A DNA stretch of 64,000 nt from Amoebophrya sp. A120 (taxonomy: Eukaryota; Protista; Dinoflagellata): contig CAJINV010000007.1 of NCBI GenBank assembly GCA_905178155.1, positions 1,581,341 to 1,645,340 on the forward strand, written 5' to 3'. Position numbers and translations under genes: made by a program. Shown here in pieces: positions 12,663 through 24,800 of the stretch; within the stretch, counting starts at the first letter, position 1; each line of letters starts with the position of its first letter. Below the pieces are notes generated by a model. That model was not told the origin of the DNA and did not search any database. It saw nothing but the letters and a program-made list of their open reading frames with translations.

Positions 12663-12828
12663 AGGCCTTTGCTGCGTTTATTTTTGTCTTGCTCATCGCT
12701 AGGGTTTGGTGTACAGTTCTGGTTTTATCTCGGAAGAAAGAACGTAGACCTTATTTCTCCACACGCCTCATCCTGGTCATAAAGTTCAAGTACTTAGTTT
12801 TAATATTTTCTACTGCTAAGAAAGCACC

Positions 12829-15800
12829 ATGAGTTCCGCCTCCGAAGACGATGAGTCTGCCCTTTTCGGGAGCGCCCCGGCCAACAGTTCCTCACCCGCC
12901 GAGGATGTAGTTGACCCTGCGAAGCAAGAGGCGCAGAAGAGAAAAAGCACCGGTTCATCATCCGCACGGGCCCGCCAAGAAAACGAAAAGAAGCAGAACA
13001 GTATGAAGAAAAGCGGGGACCAGGTTCATTTGCAGGGTGCTAGCAGCAGCTCAACCGGAACGGGTGGGGAGCAGCATCAATCCGGCGCTGCTCCAGCACG
13101 AGGGGTAGATGTTGGAACTACAAATGTTAATGCAGATCATAAAGCGCAGTTCCAGCAGCAAGCGGCAGAAAAACTTCTGTGGCTCGACGGCGAAGAATAT
13201 AACAGCGAGGACGATTACGATAGCGAAATTTTGATGTTGACTCAGAAGGCCGCCGAAAAGCTAATACGGACAATGCGTGATACAAGGCTTCTATTTCTGT
13301 AGTTTGTTAAAGTATACGTAGTACGTCTAAGTAGAGGGGGCCGCTAAGCCTTTGCCTCCCTCTTTGCATCAGTAGGTACGAAGGAGCGACTTATTTGAGG
13401 CGATTGCGAACGCGAAAAATCTGGTTGTTTTGTCAATTCTGAACGTGAAGACCATGAACTGGTGCGCAGTTCATCATCTTTTTCTCACAAAGCACGACGA
13501 AGAGACGCCCTGTCCCTAGCTTGCGCGCCCTTTCGAAAATTCTCAGTCGACTCAAAATTTCGCTGGGATAAGGATGAAACGTACGAGGACGATAGTTCCG
13601 AGGAGGACTCAGAGGCCGGCGCTTTCCGTACTATATTCTGATTGTACCTGCTCCTACGGAGTCACAAATTAGGATTTTTGATGGCCGAACCATGATTTGT
13701 GTTTGTCATGATGAAAACGAACATGTACGAATTTGAATCAGCAAGAGTAGAAATGCAAATGTGGTGCTTCATATCCAGATGCATACATTTTGCCAGCATG
13801 GCCAGCTGTTTTTTTGCAGCCTGTCGCGAAAAAAAATTACTCTGGCCAAGAGGGGGGCTTGTGTGAACGATGAATAAATGCTTCACAACCGAGATAAAGT
13901 TTGTTATCACAACTACAGACGTGCCTGCGGACGACGGCAGCGGCGCGCCCCCGCTTCCCGGCACTACGAACGGAGCAGGTGTCGATATGTGCAACCTTAG
14001 AGGGGCCGAGCGCTCCGACGGGGGCCATATTCAGTCGCGCATCCCTCCGCGGTGGATTCAAACAACAGGGGCGCCGCGGCCGCCTATCTGGAAGAAGGCC
14101 AGCTGTTTGCGGAAAGAGTGGCCCTGCGCCCGCGCGACGCAGTCCCCATGCGGTCGGGCGCCTGGAAAAGGGGCAGCCTTTGGCCTTCCTTGCCGTGCGC
14201 TTCGCGTTTTCGCTTCTTCCTGTGGACACTGGCCAAGCTTGCGCGGTCTCTACCAGGGCAGGAAGCGGGCCTTCTTGCACCCACCACCAGAAGGCCGGCC
14301 CGGGCGTCACCTGTTGCGATCTGCTCCCCTGACAGGGCAAATCCGGAAGCCCGATGTTGGAGATTTGGCCCCCTCCAAACGCCGTCACGGATGGCCGCGA
14401 TTTTTGTGAATACCAAAGTCAAACCCCATCTGAAATTGGTATTCACTGCAAATCGCGACTTTGGTATTCAGCGCCAATTGACCCCCCTCTCTTGGGGACA
14501 ATCTTGCACAGCTGAATACCAAAGCCATACGGAAAACATGCGTCCGAGACCCCCACCGCCTGTGAATGTTACTCCGCGACCACAGATATTGCTTCCCGCT
14601 CAAAAATGCAGCGACGCATTGCCGTGGGCGGAGGCTGCAGCGCATGTCTAGACCGCCTCTTTTCAGCTGCGCAGCTGCTGGGTGAGGTGCAGGTGGGGCG
14701 GCCCGACAATCAGGCAACCAGGTACCGCCCCGCAGGGTGTTCCGGTCTCGTCGGCACTAAATTCGCCGGAGGCACAGGACCCTCGTGCCGGCGGCGCGGC
14801 CAAGCCGATAACAGCTGACAAGGACAAGCCGGGAGGCGCCTGTCACCCATAAAAAAAGCCTCAAGCCAGGCGCTTGCCATTTTCGGCTACCTACCGCCGC
14901 CACACGCCCGCGCCAATCCTTGCGTTGCCGGTCGTCACCGTGTGGCGGGCCTTGCAAATAGTACGGGGCTCATTGCGGCGCCCGGGGGCATTAGGTGGGA
15001 GGCGGACGGACAGGCTCCGCAGGCCGAGGCGTCTGCACGGGTGAACTGGGTGGGGGAAACATTTTTTGCGATTTTCGAATACGAATACCAATTTTCCCGC
15101 TATAACTACAGACGTGCCTGCGGACGACGGCAGCGGCGCGCCCCCGCTTCCCGGTACTACGAACGGCGCAGGTGTCGATATCCAAGAAAGCAACACCATC
15201 GCATCACATTCTTGCAAGTACAAGTAGTTTTGCATCAGAGATAATTTGTCGTGCGTAACAAGAAAATTTTCCTGTACTATTGCAGAAAGGAAACCCTCCA
15301 GAAACACTAGAGAAATCACGGATGTTGCAAAGAGAAGATTGTCTACGATGCGTATCTATGCCTTTCACATGGGAAAAATTTTGTGTAGGGCAAAAATGCG
15401 CAAGAATGATTGTGTGGGTGGTGTTTTTTGCTTGAATAGTCCTCGACCAGGAGCGAGACCCCGAGGACGTGCTTTTCCGACGTCACGACGCTTCCTCTCC
15501 TTACGAGCGCGCGAAGGCAGAATGGCACCGGAGAGAGGAAATGGGCATGGGCGCGCGGCCGTTGCTGCACTACGCGGTCTTTGCGGCCAAAAATCTAGAG
15601 GACTTCCGGGAAAAGACCAAGTTTTTGCAGCATTTGGACGAAGACGCTTTGTCGACCGTGCTCGCCCACCAAGACCCACTGAACAGAACCGCCCTGCACT
15701 GCGCCTGCATCGCTGGCAAACCCGAATTCGTATTGCTGCGCATTTTTTCAACACGCACGTTTTCTTGATTTTGACACTGCGATATTGGATGAACTGAGAA

Positions 15801-18800
15801 ACATATAAACTGACGCGTTCAAGAAATTAGGTTTCTTTATTCTGAGCAGAATAAAAAACCTCAATCCGAGTCCCAGCTCGACAGAATCTGAATCAAAGGC
15901 ACAGCTGCTGCACCACGCGGACAAGCTGTAACCGCAATGTGTATTTTCAACCGAGGCATACTGCCTGCTGGTGGTCGTGCGCAAGAAATCAGTACATGAG
16001 AAGTCTCAATCTTTGTCGTGCGATTCTTCAGGTTGCGCTAATATATCACTACGAATACAACAAAAGAAAAGGGAAAAGCGTAAAACACGACTCCCTGCTC
16101 TGTCTATTTCTCACCAGGTCAAGGCCATTCTGTGGGACCTCGCTCCGAATAATAGCACGCGGGAAAAACTTCTGAGCCAGCGGTTTTTTACCCGTTCTCT
16201 GTTTTCAGTGTGTTTTGCCCCAGTGCCTCTCTGACATTCTCCGCCCGGCCCTCTTTCTGGCGGCGGCGCTTTCGTTCTGCTTGGAGCCTCACGCGCCGTT
16301 TGAGTGCGGCGAGCCGCGATGCGTTGACGGCCAGCCAAAGGTCTTGGATTTGCATCCGAGCAACCATGAGGGCAAGTGCCGGCCTCCCGGGAAATAGCCT
16401 CTGGGGGTCGTCCTTGGGGGTTCAAGAATGGGGTATCCGACATTTTGCTCCGATGCATTTTTCTCCATCGTGATTCGCTTCAGAAAAAAACGCATCGGAG
16501 CAGTTTTTGTCGAGGTTCTTGTTAGATGTATTGGACAACATTGGATCTCGTTGAATCTGCTCTGATGGAGACAGGGATGTGTTTTTCGGATCGAAGCCCT
16601 GGGCCTTGAGTGCCTTTGGACCGCTAACGAACCTGAAGAGGTCCATCAGGAGGGCAACCCACGCGAGCTGGGGGGCATTGCTCTCAGCTTTGGTGACGAA
16701 ATCGAGGAAAACAATTCAGAGATCCCTGATCCGGAAAACGCATCCGTGTCTCCATCCGAGCAAAGTGCATCACCAGCAAACTTGCTCCGCTACGGTTTTC
16801 TTTTACGGAGGCACGGGTGTGCTTTTCGGATCAGAGATTCGAGCAAGCAAAGTAGCGAACTTGCTCCAGTGCCTTCTTTACTGCTTCGCTCTTTGTAAGA
16901 CGGCTTGGTCTCTCTCCAAATGCATCAGAGCAACCTCGTGTCTGATTATAGTGCGCGCGCCAATGTCTTCAGGGCGGGTAGGTTTTTCGCACTGTGTGGA
17001 CCTGATGCGGAGAGGCGGGGAATTGCATCGGAGCAAACTTCCAAAAACCTGCTGCAACAACCCCTTCCGAGGCCCTTTTCGTGCTTATCAGCCCAAGCAG
17101 GTCAAATTGTCTTCGAGCTCCCACATTTTGCGCAGATGCTGGCGCGGATGAAAATTTTACACCTTTAACACCAGGTCAAGGCCATTCTGTGGGATCTCGC
17201 CCCGAACAATAGCACGCGGGAAAAACTTATCAAAGAAAAAAAGTTCGTCACGGTCACTCATGCGCATTGATTTTCGCAATACAAAACTTTCTGTCATGCG
17301 TAAAAATGCATCACAGCCACACTTCATAAGGGATTTCCCTAACGTTTCTGCAATACAGAGGAACGCTGTGATGCTAAAAAAATTTGTAATGCAAAGCCTG
17401 CAAGTTAATGACTGTGACAAACTTTTTTCTCTCCATAAAACTTCTGAGCCAGCGGTTTTTCACCCGTTCTACCGATCCAGGAGTCGAGAAGGGGGTTCCG
17501 GTATTACATTTGCACTTAAACTATGTTGAATTTATTTCTTTGGTTTTGCATCTTCATGCACTATTGCCACAAGCACATCATCCTGGTCAGTCACCAAATC
17601 AATGTGGTGAGCAACTGCTTTTACTTTTGTATGCAAAAATGATCCCATGGAATGATTTTTTTCGCCGAAGGACTACTTTCTTAATTTCTTGTAATTATTT
17701 ACGACAAAAACAACAACCACCGACAACATCTTCTATCAGCTGCTCCACATGGCTCTCTCTACGGCGGGCTTCAAAGAGTACGAAGACGCCGCCATCGAGA
17801 TCGTGAAGCACTTGCTCCGGGCCGCCGCAGAGGTCGACGCGTACACGATCGACCAGCGAAAGCAGTGGGCGGAAACGCAGAAACTGGAGACCGAGGCGGA
17901 AAAGGTACTATGTCAACATGATGGCGGAGACAACTTTTGCTTCATCGTTCTTGTGAGCACGAGTGATAAGTAGTTACAGATCGGAAGACCGTAGACCGGG
18001 AAGACGAAGAAAGCAGGATTTTTAGTTCTTGCATCAATTTGAGGTACTAGTTCTGCAGCGAGCTAAAAGAAGCAAAAACAAAATTTTCGTCTTCTCATTG
18101 GTAAAATCACAGGCCGCCGTGGAGAGCCTTGTTCAACACCAGCACTCGGGCTCTGGAACCTCGGGAGGGACAGCAGCTCCGAGGCGAAACACTTCAGAAA
18201 ACAAAAAAGCGAACAAAGCCAGCACCGAGGACATCGTCACCACAGGCGGCGCCGACTTGGTCAACAGTACAACTAGCTCCTCGGGTGACAAGAAGAACAA
18301 ACAAAGTGGCGCGCCGCTGCCGCAACTTTCAACTACTGAGAAGATGATGGCTGTGAAAAAATCCAATCCCTCTACTGCAAGTAGTATGAAAAGCAAGAAA
18401 GAACAAATCGTGGCTATTAACGAGGACACCGACGGAAATGTCGTTGAGGTGGCGGAGGTGGACGAAGACATGCTCAGCGGCAGCGACGCCGGGGAAGAAC
18501 TCTTTTACGAGGACGAGCACCCGTGCCGACCGGACATTCTGTTCGCCGTGGACGCGCAGCGGCAGACGGCGCTGCATCTGGCCTGCGACATTGGCAGCGC
18601 CAAGGCGGTCAAGCTCCTGCTACGCGAGGGCCTGGACCCGCTGGACTGCGACAAGGCAAACTTATCACACGCAAAAAAGTGATGTTACAGTTCTGTGCAC
18701 ATTTGATGATGTTCTAACTTCAGCAACACAAACTTACTTGTTTCTCTGCATCACAAAGAATATAAAAGTTGGGACACGACTTTTGCAGTAAAGAAGATCC

Positions 18801-21800
18801 GAAGGACATCAACAAACACGTGTGTTGCAACGAGGGTCGGCCACCCGAGGAGCCTGTCCGATCGATGACAGACCTTGTCTATATATAATCTCGCTTGGTG
18901 GTCTGCTTTCTGCATGACCACAAAAATGCGTCACTACAACACCTACACTTTTTTTTCGTGGGATACAGCTGCATGCCTATCCACTACGCGATCGACCGGC
19001 AGTGTGTAGAAACGTTTGACACGATCGCGTATGGATTGCAAATATGTCTGGGTCTGGAAGAGTCGGGGCTTGTCATGCACATTTTGCATGACCCGTGAGG
19101 TCTGTGATGCTGGTGCTAGCATCACAGATTTTTTGAGAGTTTCTTGATGCTAATTACGCATGAGAAATACCCTCTCCGCGTGCCAAGAAGTGACTCCTCT
19201 TGCTGCTCATGCAACACAGATACTTTTAGAATCCGCAGTAGACAGCATTACAAGTTGCACTCTTCCAGACCTCCAGGGATATTTGCAATCCATACCGCGT
19301 CCGTCACCCCCCTGGAGTACATCGACATGTACAAGATGCCGAAGGGGTTCGGAGCCATTTTTGAGGAGTACAAGAAGCAGGGAACAAGGAACGACATCAA
19401 CAAAACAGCGCCTGGGGTAGTTCTTGGCGCTGGCGGCGCAGCGACTTCATCTCGGAGTCAGAAGATCGACCAGACAGCAAAGAGTAGGAATGTAGATGGA
19501 AGTCCAGATCATGAGGAAAAAATACCAACTGACGCCGATGAAAATAACGAAAAGGAAACGAAGACAAAAAAGAAACCTTCGGAGAAAAAGGAGAATAAAA
19601 CATCTACCCTTAACAACGGTAGTACGACAACTGCGAAAATAATATCCGCGGCCACTAGTAATAAATCCAGTGGAGGTCATGTCGATGTTGGAAGTAGAGC
19701 ACATATTAACTCGGGCCGCGACCAAGGAGTACAACTAGATCAGGACGTAGAGACCGCACAGGCCGTGGCCGGCCAGGAGAACAAGAAAACCAAAACGTCG
19801 CCAAAGAAAAACAACTCGTCCAGCAAGAAAAGGACTTCGTCCTTGGCCGAAATTCTCGGGAGAACAACGCAGGAAAACAAAATTCAGTCGACAGCAAATG
19901 ATGAAAACAAAGATGACAACATCAAGAGGACAACTGCTGGTGCAACAACATCGCCCGCTCGAGCAACAAGTGGAAGGGCAGATGATCTTTATCAGGGGGT
20001 GTTGAAACCCAGCAATTCCCTTGTTGTGCAGGAAGATGAAGGTGACAGTGAAGACAATGACAAGCTGAACACTTTTCAAAAAACAAGCGGTAGTGCTGTA
20101 AACGGTGCTAAGCGTCCCCCGGCACTGCACCTTCCGGCGCCGACCAGCGGGAAGAGCATCAAAAGCGGGGTCGCTAAAAGTAGCTCGTCCAGCCCCGATG
20201 GCTCAGAGGAGGACGAGGACGGTATCAAAATGAAAAATCCCCCCTCCACCCCGTATAGTATTCAAAACGAAGCTTCTGATGCAGGAGGTGGAGTCATTTG
20301 CGTTTATACAAATTACCGGTGTCTTGCAGTGAGAGACAGACTGTGGTCAGATTCTCACGCTCGCCAGGGGCGTTTGGGTCCTCTCGGTGATTAGCATGGC
20401 AAACGACTGCCCTGGTTTGCGCCCAGCAGTCGAGGATGACAAGTCGCCTCTACATTGGGGCGGAAGCCTCTACTGCACTCGTCTTCTTGCAAGACCAAGC
20501 TGATTTGTGGTCACAGATTTATTGCATCGCGAGTTTGATATTTTCGCTTGAGCATGCGGGAAGATGAGAGGGGGTTTTTCCTTAGGATAAAAGAAGATGG
20601 CGTGTCCTTCGATATAGACGAAGAGGACGTGGAGATGGTCGACGTGACGAGGCGTAGACACCAGAACAAAAACGAGTTTTCGGACGGAGAAAATCACGCA
20701 GACAGCGACAACGACTCCGGGAGTGAAGATGAGTCCGATTCGGGCGACTACTCGGATGAGGAGTCCTCGTCTTCGGTCCGCAATGCCGTGTTCAGCAAAT
20801 CGCTCTCGCCCGACCATACTAGCTCCGGCGCCGGAGGGGGCGGAATGTTGAACCTGCTGCAACGGCGGTCCCCCGTCCACCCGGCCTTCCGCTGTGTGGA
20901 CCGGTCCAACTGGCGCTTCCTGAAGCTGATCAAGGCCTACCGAGGGATCCCCGAGGAAATTGCGTTATCCAGGAAAAAAACTGCGTGAGTGTTATAACTG
21001 TGATGTACGGAAGAGGAAGAGCAGCATCACAAATTCGTCTGGCATTTATACGGAAAAAACGGCCTCTCGTGCGCAGCTAGTATGTTGTAAAAGCACCTAT
21101 CAAGTTGTGTTGCTTTGAGATTGACGCATGTATTCCAGCTTGACAATTGCATTAACTGTTTTGCATTTTCTGCATCACAGACTCACACTTACACACTTTT
21201 TTTTTGCATATGCGTTCGTGCTGAAGCACTACGCCGACGTCACGTTTGACAATCGAAAAAAAGTTGAAGAAGCCTTGAACGACGAGACGGTGCAGGAGCT
21301 GCCTCACGACATATGCATTGAACAAAAGTACTACCGTACTAGCACTAGCTACTAGGGGAAATCGCATATACAAATTCGGTCAGCATGAGAATCGGAAGTT
21401 GTGATGCGGAAATACGCTTGAGACACAGGTTTGTAATGCATGATTGCAAACTTAAAGTTAATAAACTATAGCTAGTTTTTATAGTTCTAGTACGAGTGCG
21501 CTACTTTTGTGATGCATACGAAAAACTCTTCGACCACTTTCGCAACGTCGTAGGGAAAGACTTCTGGGAAGAACTTATCGCATGAGTAAAAGCCTCCCCA
21601 CGAAAACCCCAGAGTTGTCATGCGAATCTGCATGCCTAAAATGTTTGTTTCTCATGTGGAGGCGCCACGTTGAGAATGAGGAGCCACGTTTCGAATGCTA
21701 TTGCTATCTGGGAATGCTAAAAGTAGAATCACAATAAGATGGCCGATAATTAGGTGTGCCGCAGCTGCGCTAGTAGTTGTTGAACAGTACTTATTTTTAC

Positions 21801-24800
21801 ACTGCGAACGCAACCGACAACTTTTCATGCGCAACAGGCAAAGCTTGTTGGTTTGTGTACTAGCAAAGGGACCACGACTTCTCCGGGGTGGAGGAGATGT
21901 TTTTGCACAGGATAGAAGTGTGTCTGCGCAGCGAGGGAGACGTTGTTGCAGACTCGGACAGCGACGTGGACATGGTTGACGGTCGTGAGAACCATAAGAG
22001 CGGGCTGAACAACATAAGGAGCAACAATAGAATCAAAACGAAAGAACATCAGCAGGACGACAGGCCGACTGCCTCTTCCAGCTCTGCTGCTGGCCAGATA
22101 ATATACGGTGCGCGGCAAATCTTTAATCCCGAAAGCGTCAGGGCCGCGAAAGCCAGTCTCGCCGCGAAAAAGGCTGCGCACAATGCCGGCGGCAATTCGA
22201 GCAACACCAACGCGTCGACGAACCCGGATCTGGCACAGGTTCCAAGTCCTGAGAAGGTAGCTAATATAATCGGAGGAGGGGTTGATGCAGCTCTACCTCT
22301 AGGAGGTGGGGCGGCACCTAGTACGGAACAACAAATGAATCATGTAGAACTACAAGGTGGCCAGCAAAATATGAAAACCGATGGTTGTCCTTCATCTACC
22401 TCTTCCTGGGAGGAACAGCCTCCAGCGAAGATGACCGCACGAAGCAGAAATGAATTGTTTATCGACCGGCAGCTGCACCTCGCGCACAAGGACGAGGCGC
22501 AAGCGCCCAACCGCACGTGGGTGGTGACGCACGAGCACTGCTACGGCCACGGCCAGATTCCGGGCGAGGACGAGGCCTTCCCCGAGAACGGGTACTTCGA
22601 CTGCGACGACCCCGGGCTGCGCGCCAAGGTGATCGGGCGCGTGATGGAGAACCCGCACCGGTTGGAGGTGCTGTGCGCGCCGGAGCCGAAGGGGTGTCTG
22701 CGGTCCAGCGAATTCAAGGAGAATTTGGTGGCCATGAAGGAGGACAGCCGGGACTGCCCAAGGGTCGACATGCTCCGCTGCCACGACGATTACTACCTGC
22801 AAAATTTGGAGACTACCGTGCAGCGGTGCGTCGCGAAGCCCGACATGATGGAGCGGCAGTTTTTCGCGCGCCACGGGAACGACCCCAGGTTGAAGGAGTA
22901 CATCTCCCAGTTTCGCGAGTCCCAGAAGCGACGAACCGCCGGCGACGTTTTGACGCTGGACAAGGGGGACACGAAGGTGACGCAATTCAGCTACCAGGCG
23001 GCGCGCAAGGCCGCGGGGTGCGTGCTCGAGGCCGTGGACCTGATCATGTCGGGGAAGGCCGACAACGCGTTCTGCGCGGTGCGGCCCCCGGGGCACCACA
23101 TGGGCCCGCGCGGCGCCGTGGACGCCAGCGACTTGGCCGACGATCCGGAGGGGAGTCAGGGGTTCTGTCTGCTCAACAACGTGGCCATCGGGGCCGCCTA
23201 CGCCCGGTGCTGCTACCGCCAGGACGTGAAGCGCGTCGCCATCGTCGACTTCGACGTGCACCATGGGAATGGGACGGAGGCAGTGGTATCTACTAGAGCT
23301 GATAGTCGTTTTTTCTGTATGTATGATCATGATGATAATCAGTGAATTATAAGATCATTGTTTAGAAGGGTTTACGGTGTTTGTTTGTTTCATTTCTTCG
23401 AAGCGCTATAGAAGCACTGACTCGCAACGGCGGACGAGTACTCACTGTTGTTCTGGAGGATGCTGAAACTAGATTGGGCGTAAAAAAAAACATCGAGGCT
23501 CTACTTCACGTTCATCGTTATCGTAGTTTTCGACGGCAGCTCTCGAAATAGTTGGAAGTATTCCAGCCTATCATCATGACCGTCCCGCCACGTTATATGT
23601 AGTGAGGTCATATAAATATATCAGTTGTCGGTGAACAAGTAGTTCTATCCCCCAAAAAATCTTCACACAGGTCCGCAACATCTGTCCCACCGGGCGGCGC
23701 GAGGCCTCGAAGTATTCCCGCGTGAGCACGCACTTCGGGGAGCAGATCACCCTGCACAGCAAGCCGCCCCGGTCCTCGAAGCCCTGGCTGGATCCGCAGT
23801 CCGATGCGAACGAGGTGTTCTTCGCCTCCATCCACGGCTTCGGCGGGGGCTTTTACCCGGGCACCGGCGAAACCGCGCACACCCGGCCGTCGCTGGATAG
23901 CCCCGAGGTGGTCAACATCGGGGTGCACGTCGCCCGGGACTCGACCCCCGGCGCGAACTCCACCACGTTCCGGGCAAACTGTGTCGAAAAGCTATTCCCG
24001 AAGCTGCGCCAGTTCCGCCCAGACATGCTGTTTATCAGGTATAAGGAAGATTAAGATGAAGATTTACAATTACAAGGCCGCAGTATGTGCTTCAGTTTAT
24101 TTTTGATTCAGAACTTTTGATTTCATTGCTTTTCTCCTGTGTCGAAATAAAAAATGTCATCCCGAAGACGTACCGTCCTCCTGCCCGTGCATAAAAAGAT
24201 GCCTCTCGACGTGTTGACGATGTCGGAGATCATCCTGCACAGGGTCGTGCGAGATTCATTTTCGCATGAGAAAGAATATTCCACTTCGGAGATGAACCTG
24301 AACCAAAGAAACGAATTGAAAAATTCTACTCAGTGCCGGTTTTGACGGGCACCGGGAGGACCTGATCGGGCAGTGCAATTACCGCTACGAAGACTTCACC
24401 TGGGTCACCGAACAGCTGATGTGCATCGCAAATTCCTGCAGCAAGGGCCGCGTTGTCTCCGTGTTAGAGGGGGGCTATAACACCAGGGCAGGTAAGTGCT
24501 ACTACGTTCTTGCACCACCGGAAAATTCTTCTTTGTTTCATCCACTTGGGAGGCTTGAAGTTTTGCGTGCCATGGTTACTTACACTGATTTGATAGTACT
24601 GAAATACTGCCGAATGAATCAACGCCTTCATGGGTATTAGTTCTCCACCTTCGAGATGAACGTCTGAAAAAATGTATCCATGTACTATCATGACAATGTA
24701 TATGTTTATGTTGTTTATATATAAGAAAATGGAAACTTCTATCCACGCAGGCTACCTCTCCCCTTTTGCCCGTTCCGTGCGGCAGCACGTCCGCGTTTTG

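Noticed and set aside
13837-15244. Many overlapping ORFs as a transposase
   Set aside because: Stop-poor GC-rich DNA with no catalytic motifs.
22392-23330. 312-aa minus-strand ORF and 259-aa alternate-frame ORF
   Set aside because: Shadows of the GC3-rich HDAC exon.
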